Assembly (NCBI GenBank): GCA_047495785.1
Contig: JBLDXI010000042.1
Span: 3,844,001-3,908,000 of the forward strand
Source: Lepidodermella squamata
Taxonomy: Eukaryota; Animalia; Gastrotricha
Length of the DNA stretch: 64,000 nucleotides
Direction of reading: 5' to 3'
Shown piece by piece: positions 50,175 to 64,000 of this stretch. A program made the translations under genes and the position numbers. The notes under the pieces are model-generated. The model saw only the letters and a program-made list of their open reading frames with translations, was not told the origin of the DNA and ran no database searches. The number at the start of each line of letters is the position of its first letter. Position 1 is the stretch's first letter.

Positions 50175-50305
50175 TCGAGTTTCGGATTTCTACCAAGTTC
50201 GATTTTAGGCTAAGGTCATTTTCATGCGGAAAAAATGGCTACATTTTCGGAACCCTCATTTTCGCTATATATAAACCGAAAATTGTCCGCTGGCATTTCC
50301 TAAAT

Positions 50306-50759
50306 CAGCGCTTCTCAAACGGTGGGTCGCGACCCCCGCGGGGGTCTCGGGCCAATTTTTGAGGGGTCGCGGACCGGTCCAAGGGTCGCGGGGGTCGACT
50401 GATCATTTTGATAAAACTAAAACATTTGAAGATTTGATCCATTTTATGGTCACTCTTCCAGAAAATTATTGACAAATAGCGTCAGCTAAAGCTCGCTTCG
50501 CTCGCCACCCACAATATTTGACTTAAAACCGGTCGAAAATGCGGCTTGGAACCTCATATATGTAGAAGTTTCAGGAAATGTTTAGAAAAATGGATCGAAA
50601 TTGTGCAATATTTGACCATTTTGTCGTAGAATTTCGGAATTTGAGGCATCTTTTGCTACACCAAAAAACCATAAAAATTTAAAAAAAATCGGTAGGGGTC
50701 GCAGCCTGGTGAGAATGTAAATTTTGGGGTCGCCGAGGGTCAGGTATTGAGAAGCCCTG
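50306..50759. mobile_element. Non-autonomous hAT (Charlie-like) MITE, 454 bp
   Basis: TIRs CAGCGCTTCTCAA / TTGAGAAGCCCTG; multiple subterminal GGGTCGC motifs at both ends; left flank TCCTAAAT, right flank TTAGGA-CCTAAAT. Confidence 0.85.
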
Positions 50760-53700
50760 TTAGGACCTAAATGTTTCCAGCTCGAATTTAATAAAAATAG
50801 TCTCTATGAAATATTGTACGCTTTAATTTTTAAAAATGTCTGAAATCCTTTTTTGCACTGAAAGAAATTATTAAAAAATATTTAAGGGATTTATATTTCC
50901 CATCTTAGAGAGAAGCGTAAAAATGAATATTAATTAAGGCAGTATTTTTTAACTGGAAATATAATTCGCTAAATTTAGAATTTCTCCAGATTTTTCCTGG
51001 GTTATTGCAAAAGAGTGGTGGGCCCCCGAGAGTTAATACTTAAAATCAAGCATACACTTGAGAAAAAGGTGACGGAAAGTTTGATAATATTAAGTGATCG
51101 AATATTAAAGAGAAAAAATGAGTATTATTGCGGAAACTATTTATTGAAGCTGTTCCGACCGCAAAAACATAAACGGGGCAAGAGAAATATTGCGCCGGCT
51201 GAAAGCTGAAAATATAGCCGGCGGCACACCTGTTGTGACAAAAGTGACGTTTGCTTCTATTATTAATACGTGTCAATTTTGAGACCGGCCCTCGTCGCGT
51301 TGTCTAAGACGAACAAAATCTAAGACGTGTGCTGCTGCTTTTGCTAATAAAACACACACAGACAGCAGCAAGGTATCTGTTTTGTGGGAAAACAAATGTT
51401 AAATTTAAAGAAAGCCGCGCTTGTTTCGATCGACGCCGCGCGCTATAATGCGATATGCTACATTTTATACAGGGCCATTGTTGTTCGCGGCTCTGAGGGA
51501 CCTTGGGCGCGCGTAAAACTAGTAATTTTGTTGTTGCTCGCAAACAATCGGCGCGAGAAAAAGACGACGACGACGCAGAAAACTGAGCATCATCTTTGTC
51601 GAGTAAGTAATCGTTTCGTCGTCGGGCCCTGCTGCTGGTTAGCAGCTGCGCCGTGTTAACACAATGCGACGCCGGCCGGCTAACCTGTAAATTAAGTATT
51701 AAAATGCAATTTACAACAACCGCGCCCCGCGCATCCACGATTATGATATTATACGCGCAAAAAGAGCGCGCTGTCTTGTCTTGTCTTCATATTAACATAT
51801 ACAGCCATGATGTTATTATATGTGGCGTGCGTTATAGGGTTAGCTAAGCGTAAAGCAGACCGGCTATGTTGTGACTAATCGGCCAGTGGCGAAAAATTGT
51901 GTTGTTTTTCCGGCGAACAAAAATGTGTCCGGTGTTGTGATGGGAGTGAGAAAATACGGCCGTGTATATCTTGTTGTACCCCGGGTCGCTAATTCAATTA
52001 CAGGATTGCCGCTGTATAATTTGTGATTTCTATCCGTTTTTTCGTTTTCAAAACAATAACAACGCTAAGAAATATTTAAAGCAAATAACATCGGAGGAAA
52101 ATTTTAAGAAAAATCTACATTTTAATTATATTCACGCATGTATTAGGCTTGGAGGAATGAATCCTCCTAAAATGCCTGTTAAACCTACAAGTTTCGAGAA
52201 CCAGTGGAGACATTAGTTGGTTCTTTCAAATAACTGTACCTACTGTTCAAATAAAAGTAAACCAGTATTTTGCAATGCATCCATAGAACTTTGTGATAAA
52301 TCGTGAGAATTTGGGGAAAAAATGAAAATGGCCATTTTTAGCAAAGGAATCAAGGTTCCGGTAGAAGGTAAGACAGCCGCTAATAAAATGAAACGGAAGA
52401 GGGAAAGTTATTAATCTTCTCTCAGTATCAGCAATCAGCATAGATAATTTTAATGATTTCGTCGAAATAAAGCTGGAAATTTAGGTACAATAAGAGAGTA
52501 AGCCCAAGCTACTACAGTCGAAAAAAGTAAGTTTGAAAAGAGTTGGTTAAACGAAAAAAAACGATGGAAAAACCCGGTATAATTATCCCACGTGGTAACG
52601 CTTTCTGGTTCGAAATTCGAAATAATTTATATAAAACTAGGGAAATGAGAGAAAATGAATAACATTAGGTTCCTAAAATCTGATGAAACAATCCATAAAT
52701 TTACGGCTTTGGCATAAAAAAATGCGAGTGCACAAAAAAGCAATAATCATCTAGAATTACGCGTGTAGCGAATATAAAAACTGGGCCATGCGAAATAAAA
52801 CATTGATAACATGGTTTCGGAATAAAAAAAACGTAAATCTCAAGAAGCTCTTGATCGAGTTGGGACAGACCAAGTTAATTTCCCGGAAAGATATTAATCC
52901 TACTTAGTGCAAGTGAAGCTGTTATAATGAATCCCCCGAGCCGGTATTAAAAACGACGCGCGAGTGTCTGTTTAAGGAAGACGATGATTATCGCGTTTAA
53001 TAATGAGAAGACGAGCTCGGTATATCGGTTACACTGTATGGTTTGGCGGGGAATATATACAACAGACTAAACACACTTTCTTCATTTACACTGCTAACGT
53101 CGTGTTATTATTACCTATTCAAAGTGACTCGCGATAGATGATGATGACCTAGCTGTAAGAAAAGCGCGCTTTCTTTTCGGCCTAGGGATTAGGATACTCG
53201 CGTAAGTATAGCGTGCGCTTCACAGATAATAATAGGTAATATCCTATATATGTTTTACCTAGAATCGCAGCTTTTCACTTTGCGTGATTAGTTTTCCGTG
53301 TTCGTCTTTTAATAGCTGGCGCTTGCTTTGAACTGAAAAACATATATCGACGATTAGTTATGGACGGTTCCCCCGTCTTCTCAAAGGCCCTCTTAAAGGT
53401 GTTTATGTTTACTCAACACGCATTCGAAAACGAATATTTTATAGTCTTCCGCCTATGATGTATAGCATACAGTAGTAGTGTACAAGGTATAAAAAGGGCC
53501 CACTCTCATTTCTGCTATTGAGCTGCTATATCAATATACCTGGACTTACATCGGCGTAATACAAGGGGTCAACTTTACCGTATAATACGATAATATAATA
53601 TTTTATTTATTGTTCCGCCGCTGTTCTTTTGTTTTTCGCGCATTTCTTCTTGTTAAGTGAGTGAACAAACGCTGAAAACAAACGTAGATAGGAATCCTAT

Positions 53701-54422
53701 TGACCGACCGCGCACGTAATTAACCGCACGCGCGTTTGATTTATTGCCCCCGCGCCAACGTAAGTAAGTAATCAGCCAACGCGCTCCATTGGCCGCGCAT
53801 ATTTTCACCTCATCGCGCTCAATTTTTTTCGATTCCATCGCGATTTTTTTTACGTCGTTGAAACTCAAACAAAAGCCGGTGCAATCGAACCGGAACCGAA
53901 AACAACAACAAAAACAAACGCACTTGAAATCGTATTAGCACTTTTCGTTTTATTGAGTTCTCTCAGTTCATCATCTGGTTTCATGTTTTATATATATATA
54001 TTGATAATAATATTCGAAAAACAAACCAAAAGCTCTTTTTACAGATTTCTTCCGTCAAGTACAAGATGAGATGCGCATCAATTATTTACAAATTCATTCG
54101 TAAATAAACTAGCTGTTTACAGATATTTTATTATATGAGATACAGGGTACTGGGCTTGTCCGAAAAATTGCCCCAAAAATTGATTTCGTCTCTATAATAA
54201 TAAATTCAATTTTTTGTTATGAAAGTTCTGGATTAAAGAAAAGATCAAAAAAGCACACATTATGATGATGTGATTCAACGCGTTGACCAGATGAATCTTT
54301 TTTGAAAAAAATTGTTAAGAAACAACCGCAAAAATCGGTATATATAACGAGGTTCATTTTACGCAATTTGTTGGTCGCGGGAGTAAAAATATTATTTTTG
54401 CCATATTTTTTTTCACTAATTT

Positions 54423-57400
54423 TCAGCGCCCATTTCCGACCCGCAGCTGCTGCAGGGGTGATGGAATGACCGGGGCCGGGCCGGGTGCGCCGAGTCGCTC
54501 GGCCTTCTCCTGCAACCGGCCGCTCAAATCTTCGATATCGACCAGCAACGCGTCCTGGGCCGTGTGCAAATCGTCGCGTTCCTCCAACAAATTGACTAAT
54601 TCGCGATTTTGGCCGTCGATATCCGACCGCATCTGGTTTAGGATGAGTTGCAGTTTCGCCCCAGATAGCGACCAGAGGTAGCGCTGTAGCGCGTGGGGCG
54701 AGCGGGGCGACTCTTGCCGGCCTTGGAACCGCCGCATTTGGTTCTGCGTTTGCAGCCACTCGCAGAACCCGGGCACCATGCGCTCAGCAGCACTGCGCTT
54801 CCGCCGGTATTTCGCCATCTCCTTTTCAACCTACGAAAAATTAAAAATTAATACATCATAAATCGATAGTAGACCGAATTTTGAGAATTTATTAGAACTG
54901 GAACACGCAATTCTGAGATTTTAATGGACTGGAACTAGAATATATCACGCAAGTACCAGAAATCAGTGCGATTCAAATTGACCGTAAAATTTCGACCGAA
55001 AATGCTAGATCTGATTGCTTCCACAATTTCTTCCTGAACCGACTTGTTAATATTTGGAATGAGCTACCTGGAAGTGCTTTTGATATTGACAAAACGCGTA
55101 TTATTAATCAAATGATATCTTCAAAAATAATATTAGAAAGACTGACTTGAAAAATTATCCACTTTCACAATGTAAATTGTAAGGGCCGATGTAAGTGGTC
55201 CTTGCCGGCCCTTTCTGCCCGCGAAACCTGGATCGATTGGCCTCCTTTTTCCAATTTTGAAAAGGTCGAATTTTTGTTACTTTTTTCTCGTAAATTGCCA
55301 CGTTTTTTCCCTAGATACTTGATGGCGCATTATTTCTCTTTCGCATTTGCTGTGGACTGGTGACGAAATTATTCGTGGGGCGACTAGCGGTGAAAGTGGC
55401 AGTGAAGAGTTGGCGAGAACTGTCGGGGACTGCGAAAAATTCGCATTAGTGTGCTGCTGCCATTGCCAGTGGTGCATGCGGCTTGGGTGGCTATGTGGCC
55501 GATCACTGTCGTCATCGCTGTTGTATTTAGTTCATTCCTGATGACCATTAAATTTCGAAATAATGGCGAATAAGCGCGTTATCTTTATTTTGCTTTGACT
55601 GATTCCAAGCAATCTAAACGACACCTCGATCTCGCCAGGCGATGATGTTCTTTTCGATGCTACGGATTCAGTCGGAAGGCTGCAAGAATTCTGTTTCCAA
55701 CTACCTGAAGGACAATTCGACCTTGATACTTGTAAACATTTTCACTCGTTTCAGTTTGGAGGACGCCGTACAGACAGCTGCTTGCACCGAAATGGTCGGG
55801 GACGCAGGAGGCTAGCTCCGCACGAGTTTGCCGTCGCATCGTTACGGGTGTAATGAATTAGGGCATAACTTAGGCGACTGCTTGGATCTTATTTTTGTCA
55901 ATGGCTTCCCTAAATTTCCACCTTATGAAGTCAGGGCCGGCTATCGTCTGCGGAAATCCACCAAGTGAGTTCACCGCGGTTTTCCGACATTTGGGTCATC
56001 ACAATTGCATAGTGGGTCGATCCTACAAGTAACGAGTCCGCCGTCACCCCGAGTCCACCTCGTTTTCCATCGATTTTTCGGGGCAAATCAGATTCTTGAA
56101 ATACGCATCACCTTAAACGCTACCCATCAAGCACAGCGTGTCCCATACGTTGCGCGATTTGTAATTTTGGGAAATTTGTTTAGGAATTCAAACTAATTTT
56201 TCAAATTATGCACAAAGAAAGAATCTCCCATAATTTATCCACAATTTTACCGAAGAAACTACAAAATAACCGGAGAAAACCCTGAAAACCCCGGTGGTAA
56301 CAGGTTCGGTAATTTTCGGTTTTTACCTGGTTGGATCAAATTTCTTCATATTTTTTAGTCCCATTCGCAAGATACATAAATTATTACTATTCTTATGGCA
56401 TTTGAAATTATTCCAAGACTTTTCGTGGCATGAGATATGAATTCCCCTTCATTTTAGAGTTTCTGATCCCTTTCCGTGCATTTCCTTCGTTTGCGTTGCT
56501 TATGGGAGACATTTTCCCTTATGCGTTTCCATAAATTAGGAAAAAAATTGGCTCCAAAACAAAATAAAAAGTTGTATTGATAACTAACCTGAAGTTGCAT
56601 GACCGCCATGCGAGCAGCTTGAGCATAGGCGATATTCGCCTCCTGCCTCAGCAACGCGTACCGTTCGATCAACGCCGTCACAAAATCGGCGGTTGCCAAC
56701 GAATTCGACGAGGCCGAAACAGATTCGGACGAGGTGGACGATGCGGAACACGAGGCTGACGACGGCGCGAACGTCAACGGCTTCAAACTGATGCCATTCA
56801 CCGCATCGTCCGTCGTCGAGCCGGCCGAGGCGCCGCTGACGGAGGCCGTCAAATCGACGCCCTCGTCCGTGAGACCCGCCGTCGACGACTGAGCACCGGC
56901 GTCGATTTCCGAGTCTGAACTCGTTTCGTTGAGGAAGCAAATTTGTAAACTGGTATTCTGCGGCCGTAATAACCGGGTACTTAACCGCGAAGATCCGCCC
57001 GATGACATCCTATATATAGATAAAATTCGTTACAAATTTCAACGACCGTAAACAATAAAAATACAATTATTACTAGCTACAGTTTTTAATTGAATTTTCT
57101 ATGTGTGTATTTATGTACTTGATAGAAGAGAAGAAAGTGACCACAAATATTGAGACGGATCGCGTGTTTTTGCGCCTGCTATATAAGCGCATTAATATTA
57201 AAAATACCAACTCCCAAAAGTCACAAAAGTATCCTCCTACACCTTGTATAATAGCAACTTTCGGTTGCCACTTGGGAGACGAGCGAGACGAAAATTTGAT
57301 ATAGAATAAATACTATAAATAATGCTCAATGTCTGTCTCGTAATACACAACATCGTGTTTGCTAGGTCTCTATGGAGACAGCAGCAGTTACAATATATGC

Positions 57401-60400
57401 AACGAGAAAACGATCGGCGGCGCAAAATGGCATGTGGCGCACTTGAAAAAAAGAGCGCGCGCTCGCTTCCTACCTCGCTAATGATGACAAGATCGTGTTT
57501 GAATTGTTTCCTATTGTTGTTATTTACGTCGCTGTTAAACGTAGGAAACATGGATAAATATCATGAGCTCCCGTGGGTAAACACAGGCGATTATTTCCTG
57601 CCAGCGCGCTCTCTCTCCTGCCAAGGAAAATATTTGCGAAAAATTAAGGCGCTGTAATACGAAAAATCCACCTTAAAAATAAAACCAGAATTGTTTTCCG
57701 GCTATATATAAATCTAATAATTATTTTTGACGGGCATTTCTCCGATACCTAATAAAATCAGGATGGTGGCGGTGGTGGTTGTTCACTTCAATATGTAGAT
57801 GAGCTTTTAGCTTTCAGAAGCCCCTCTTATTAATACACCATAAATAAGTCAGTAAATAACTAATGAATTTATATAGCTGCGAGTGATTTTCCTAAATAAA
57901 AATGGCGGAAAGACACGCCAAAGTTTTACAGCGTCGTCGCGCCATGCGAAAAACAACGGCAAATTATGAAATCAACATATGTCGTGATTTTGTGTTGTCT
58001 CCTGCTCAAATGAGCAGCTAGTCTATATACTGCTGCTATGCTATATAATAAAATGAGACAACAACCAACAACAATAACAGCTCACAACAGCTTTACGCAA
58101 GTGCGTTTAAATTCGACATTTTGATCGCAAAAATGTCAAATTTATTTATACGAGCTACTGTTGCTTCATTTTGCGATAGATAGATAGATCACTGCTAGTA
58201 GTACTTATGCATGCGTTTTTATTACTTCGCAGCCTCATCGTCGTCAATTTCTGGCTGGTTCGTGTTGCTAGCAGTAGCAGAAGTGGTGGCACTGGGCTCT
58301 GTCGGCGTCTCTCTCGATCGAGCTGCCGACTCTAATATCGCCCTGACCAAGCTTTTCCCACTGAGAACAAGGTGTCAACAAATGTAATTTTTCGCAAAAA
58401 TCAGATAAAAATGGCCAAATTTGCATATTTTACAAGTTCGAGCTAAACAAAAATTTCGAAGCTTTTTTCTTTAAAACGCATGTATTGTGGAAATATCGAT
58501 GCCATAGAAAAATTAAAAATATACACAAAAAATTAGTTGGCCCGAATTTTCCTAAACACACACTTGCGCTTAGCATTTTCAAAAATAACACTTCTCAAAA
58601 CGAAAAAATTATAAGAAAAATTGGAATATCAAATTTTAAGGAAACAAAATATTCAAGTATCAGATCTAACCGTTTTCGATAAAAAATTAAGTAGGAATTT
58701 TGAAATATTTACTCGAGGTGTAATAAAACGTAATTTATATGAAAAACCAAAAAAATGAATAATTTAGGCTAAAACAAGGCGTTTAAATAGCTAATATTGA
58801 AAATTGATAAAATGAACGTACCGTTCGTCTTTAAAACTGGATTCTGCGCTGGCGAGACTGTCGAGGATGCTCTGTTTCAGCATTTGCGAATATTCGGGCT
58901 GGTGGTGGTGGCGGCGGTGGTGGAGGCAATAAAAACAACGAGAGACAATAAATAAGCGAAGTTCATCGAAATGCTGATGCTATTGCTGCTCATCATTATA
59001 CGCAATTAATAGAACTGCCACACTAGGTCAAATCAATCGAAGGGCGAAAATTTAACGATAATTACTACCGCCGAAGCTTCTCACTCGGTCAGTACAACGC
59101 GATCACACCGAACGCAACGCACGCGCGCCTAAAGCCCCGGCTGATGCTGCTGCGGCTACTACTGAGTGTCGCAGTGAGTGAAAGAGACAACAACTTGGGA
59201 GATGACAATTCGCGCCTATCTCTGACTGACTGTGCGCCGAGCGAGTGCTGCGTCGCCAGTACGCGCGAAATAAATGAGAAATCAATCCGCCTCGCCGCAG
59301 CTCCTCCGCGCGTATTATATTTACAACAATTTCGCACACACTACTATAATGTATATATGACAAAAGCTGCGATAGTAAAAGAAACCGGGTGGGGACGTGA
59401 CACACGACAATAGGCGCGGCGAAACAGGCGCGCGCGTGCCCAATCAATCGTACAATTACATAAATGCGCGGAAGAGGAGCATCCGCATGGGGACACTCGC
59501 TTGGTCAGCAGCCAGCAGCTTGGGTTATCTCTTCGTCGCATTATCATTATTAAATAAAATTAGCAGCCAAGTTCGAAGTTCGCGGCGCAAAAATGTATCG
59601 AAAAAAGTGACATGGACGCGCGCGCGCTATTACCATAATGATAGTGCCAAAAAAATACACCAAAAATTGTAGAACAAACCTTGCGACAAGAAACAGCCTC
59701 CCTCAGCGACGCCTCCAGAGCTTGCCTATAATATTAACGAAAAAAATACATATTTCAGGACTTTACTTATGCAAAATCGTCAGCTTATGGCGTATAAATA
59801 CAAACGGCTCGATTTCAAGTGCAGAAAACTTATATTTTTTCCGGTCTTTTGGGTGTAAACTAATACTGCGAATATTTTACAAGTAATTAGCGCATAGCTA
59901 TCAATTATTCACACGCGGCGAAAAATCAGAGCCGGCTTTTATACGTGATATAAAATGGTTATTTTTCAATCAGCCAACCGGCCTGGAGCTTTTGTACGCA
60001 GGCGCGATTTTACGGCCGGAAAAACAGGATAGCTTTCTTATAGTAGCGACTAACCAACTACCAGTCTGGACTTATTGATTTTTGCGCGAATGTTGTTATG
60101 TATAGTATAATTGTATAATGATGACGTAGCCACCTCAATGGGTGGAATGGTCACTTTACAGGCAAAACAAATTAATTATGCAAAAATGTATATCATATAT
60201 CATATATCGTGTACCTAAAGGCCAGGTGGATTGGAAATCGCTAATTTTGACTTGTTATAAACAACTTGAAAAATCAAGAAAACGAGTCACGATGAGGCCT
60301 CGTATAGAGCAAAATCGAGCTAATTTCCCAAAGAAACAACCCGATAATTCAAGGATTTAGCAAACAATATTGGGTTCCATTATAAGTAAAACCTTCTTTG

Positions 60401-60596
60401 ACTTGAAAAAAATACATTTTTGTAGCCATCTAAACTTTTTCATTATTTATCTCAGAAATATTCGAAGGTATAGAGTTAAAGCATACACTCACCAATCCAT
60501 ATCGGGCAACATTGTATCAAGACTGAATGCATCGAGCCCAAGTAGCTGCTGCATTTTCGATGGCTCAGCTGAAGTTGGAACCGGTTTACTTGTCAT
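54423..60596 (-). CDS. SCHIP1: Schwannomin-interacting protein 1, about 351 aa
   Basis: Exons 60596-60493, 59725-59680, 58898-58822, 57009-56589, 54830-54423 join in frame. Motifs LPDMDWQALE, SLQICFLNE, QEANIAYAQAARMAVMQLQVEK, LQLILNQMRSDIDGQNRELVNLLEERDDLHTAQDALLVDIEDL. Confidence 0.88.
55320..56150 (-). pseudogene. Degenerate coding-like insertion in SCHIP1 intron 4, origin unknown
   Basis: More GC-rich than the flanking intron; long minus-strand reading stretches (FIRWKFREAIDKNKIQAVA*..LYGVLQTETSENVYKYQGRIVLQVVGNRILAAF) broken by stops. Confidence 0.3.
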
Positions 60597-62171
60597 GTTC
60601 AGTATAGAAAAACAGCCTAAAAAGTATTCAAAAACAGGAGAGATTTTAGACATTTTTCAACTTTTTATTACATTTTTGACATTGTTATTATTAGTTTATC
60701 ATCATTTTAGCCAATTTTTTCCATGTATCGTATCATAACTGTCATCGTCGCGCGCGCGAGAAAAAACACCCATCATTTTAAACAACAATACATCATCATC
60801 ATCACCATCGAGAAAAAACACGATTGACACCGCGGCGTAATTTTATCGCGAAATTACAACGTCCTTGTTGCGAAATAAAGAAGAAAACCAAAAGAAAATT
60901 TATAGCAATTATTAAAGAAACCTAAACATTTTTTTACCAAGAATATATTTACATACACAATTATCGATAGCGTTATCGTTATTAAAAACTTCCGTTTACG
61001 TGACAAAAAGTGGAGTGAGCATTCCCAAGTCTCAAAATTTCGTCTCATTATACTCTCAGCTTCTGCTACTATAAAAAGTCGACTCTTTTGTACAATTCAA
61101 TCAGCACGCGGAAGATAGATGACGAAATTTCAAAGTGTTGAAGAGACGAAAAAAGCAGAGAAACAGCTGGGCTTTTTCAATACGAAGATTGCTTTTCGGA
61201 AAAAACCACGAAAAAATACAGCGATGCGATTTGTTTCCACCTGCGGGTCGTGGAAGATTTATAGTAGTATAAAAAATTGCTCAAATAACTGAAACATCAT
61301 CAGCCATATTTGTTTCATCGGTTTGCAAAGAAAAGCGCAGATCGTTCGCTAATTTTTCAACGTTATCAAAAGCAGCACCACCAAAATGCTACCTCATACG
61401 ATTAATTCATCACAATCTGAACAAGGCGTAGCTTGAAAAGGAGTCCTAACAGCCGAAAAAATGAATGAATCTTAACAAAAAAGCCGAGTGAAAACGAAGA
61501 AAATCACCTAAATTGCTGAGCGTATGTTTCAACAGCCGTCATTATCATCGCGTTTTTCTGTGATTGAATTGCCTGTTCATCATCATTATCGAATAATGTA
61601 GAAGTAAACAAATAAATGGCTCGCGTTATCGGGTAATAATTCGTTAAATTTATATACAACACGATTCGACGACTATTTGCTAGAGAAGAGAGAAAAAGCA
61701 TCGTCCGTTTCGCGATAAACGGAGCATTTTTCATCAATAAACAAAAACAACAAGAGACGAGAAATCACCTTAATATTAAATTTAGCGCGCGGAAAATTGC
61801 GCATTAGCCGTTATATTATCGTCATCATAATTGTCAGTCGGAAAAGAAGAAAAATTACTACAACAAAACGAGATTGAACACGCACGGGTAAAGTTTCGTA
61901 GTAGCTGTATTGCGACCGATAGAAAATCTCGCCACTTATATTGCATCCAGAAATACACACAACTTGATGTGGCAAGCCGTCGTTCGTTCGATGAATTGAT
62001 TGACACAACTTGTTTTAATAATAATAATAATTGTGTAATTTATATCCAGATCATAAACAATAATCGCAGAAAACATCACAACTAAAACACCCAGCTATTT
62101 TCATATAAGATCAGTAATTACTTCGATTAATTTCGCTTCGAAAAATTAATTATGTGTTGAAAAAGTCTGCC

Positions 62172-62498
62172 TTAATTCGAAAGTTGGCGGTTTTGGATCG
62201 AGTCAGCCACCATGCCGCCTCGACCGCCGTGCTGCGACTGGTAGACACCAGCCCCGCCGCCGCCTGGTTGCTGTGACGGCGGGATGCCCAAGGCCGCATT
62301 TCCACCGGGATGCGCCGTTTGCAGCAGGTCATGCCACGCGCGGCGTAGACACTGTTTCAGCTCTAGGTAGGTCTGGATTAGCACGATGCGTTCGTCCGGC
62401 GAGACCAGGCAAACTGGTTCTTGAACGCCGGCGTCGAGTTTGTTCAGCGACAGAACCACGTGACCCATGTCGATCCAAGGTTGACTGTCACTGGTCAC
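62172..62498 (-). CDS. PAN3: PAN2-PAN3 deadenylase subunit PAN3, last exon (rest of gene is outside the window)
   Basis: Acceptor TTTCAG, then VTSDSQPWIDMGHVVLSLNKLDAGVQEPVCLVSPDERIVLIQTYLELKQCL, the PAN3 C-terminal knob. Confidence 0.92.
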   Translation of the reverse strand: MTSDSQPWIDMGHVVLSLNKLDAGVQEPVCLVSPDERIVLIQTYLELKQCLRRAWHDLLQTAHPGGNAALGIPPSQQPGGGGAGVYQSQHGGRGGMVADSIQNRQLSN

Positions 62499-64000
62499 CT
62501 GAAATTAACGCAAAGTTTAATAAAAATTGTATAACCATTTCCAGTTCGACATGAGAGAGAAAATGTAGTGAAATACTTATTTAGGCCAATTTAGCTGAGG
62601 AAAAGATTTGGCCAGGTGGATGAATAAGCCCAAAAGACGAAAATTAACTTATGGGTAACTAAACTAACTTTTGAAAACGCTAGGTTTATCCCCGAAGCTT
62701 CGAGATGCTAGGGAGAAAAAACAATTAAGATTGAAATTCGGCAAATATATGCAACAGAATCCGGCTGAAATTCTCAAAACGAAACCAGTTTCCTTAGAAT
62801 AAAAAACTATTCGAGCAACTAACTATTCAGGAGGCATTTAAAATCGCGAACTGCATCCTTTTTAGATATTGCTATTAAAAACTAATCTCGGTCATAGACC
62901 CCTATTACTACTCCGAAAATTACCGCAGTCCAGAAATTGCGACCGCGAATATCCCCAAATCTGAGGTATTTCCACCTCATGACGCATGTCAAAGGATCAG
63001 AGAGGGCCGAACTAGCTTCGCAATTATGCCGTGGCAACACTTAGTTCGAAAGTGCGGTAGATCTTTTGTTAGGAGCTTTAAGGGGAAAAATAATAAAGAG
63101 TTGAGTGCCTTTCAATCAATCAAAATCAAATGCACGCAGCGGGTGCATGAAAGTACCAAGTGCGACATTTACGAATAATACTATGAGTTTAGACCAAGCT
63201 CGATTCACAAAAGAAATGATGCCGTAAATTTTATGATCAACTCATAGATATCAGAATCGTGTTATTACGACTTTCGTTTATGAGCCATCAAAAAAATTGG
63301 TATTCTACTACATAATTTCAAAGTTTCCTCATAAAATATCGATGTTTCTTCATGTCTTCTGAAAGGTATCAAAAAGTAAACAGAGAAACGATAGGCCAAC
63401 TGATGACCAGGAAAATTTAAAGTTTAATGACAGTTGAAATTAAATATGCAAATGGTAAACAGGAATAAAATAATCCGGAGAAATTGGGTCCAACCGGCTA
63501 ACATGACCAAACCAATTATCACCGGGATTTCCAAGTATTCTCTATAATGAATTCAGAATTCGAGGGAATCGCAAATAATTGATGAAAAATGCTCCTCGCA
63601 AGTTCAATTTTGAAAAAATGGGACATTTTTCTGCAAAATGCTGCAGACTGAAAAATTGGAGGCATGAAGCTCACCAAGATATACGGGAGAATGGTCCAAT
63701 CGATTAAACCTAACGATTTACCCAACTCCAAGATCGCAGGTTTCACCGGAATAAGCTGATATACTAAGCCACCCTGGGAAACTGGGAGTTTCATAAAGGG
63801 AAAAACTGGGCTCAAAATTGGCAAGGAAACTCCTAAAATAGTGTAATTGGATTTTGTAGCCTAAATTACTATGAAAAACAATTTAACGGAGTATAATTTA
63901 GCAGGACACAATCCACTCCCTAAACTATTAGTGTAGTAGTAAACATCTTTAATGTACAGTAATAGTCCAGGGCGGCGTAACTAAATAAGTTGCCAGACAG

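Noticed and set aside
51304-51738. 144-aa minus-strand ORF upstream of the Ig gene
   Set aside because: Composition matches the CGCG-rich regulatory/UTR sequence; no domain or splice support.
63519-63824. 101-aa ORF in the PAN3 intron
   Set aside because: TTG start, no recognisable motif on either strand, no PAN3 similarity.
1-64000. CRISPR arrays, tRNA/rRNA genes, prokaryotic operons or horizontally transferred blocks
   Set aside because: No repeat-spacer arrays or structural RNA signatures were recognised by eye; all identified genes are metazoan-type, most with spliceosomal introns.

Overview
Eukaryotic DNA from a bilaterian invertebrate with a compact genome (many GT-AG introns of 50-60 nt, AT-rich but CpG-rich non-coding DNA; a spiralian is an inference from protein style). 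I reconstructed spliced gene models by hand. In order: a secreted PAN/C-type-lectin protein (partial), an acetylcholinesterase, a class A GPCR, a 62-aa membrane microprotein, AP2M1, a DPF/d4 BAF subunit, COX6C, RSF1, two tandem serine-racemase-family genes, a two-Ig GPI-type adhesion protein, SCHIP1 and the last exon of PAN3. Introns carry decayed DNA-transposon fragments (Ginger2/KRBA2-like, hAT, NOF/Mutator-like) and MITEs. The main leads are missed by the ORF track: (1) a spliced, signal-peptide-bearing, neuropeptide-like gene nested antisense in a GPCR intron; (2) a cholinesterase with two alternative last exons, a tetramerising T/WAT peptide and a hydrophobic GPI-like tail; (3) the three-exon transmembrane microprotein; (4) serine racemase paralogues that differ near the active site but have an identical C-terminal exon product. 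No prokaryotic features, RNA genes or CRISPR arrays were recognised.
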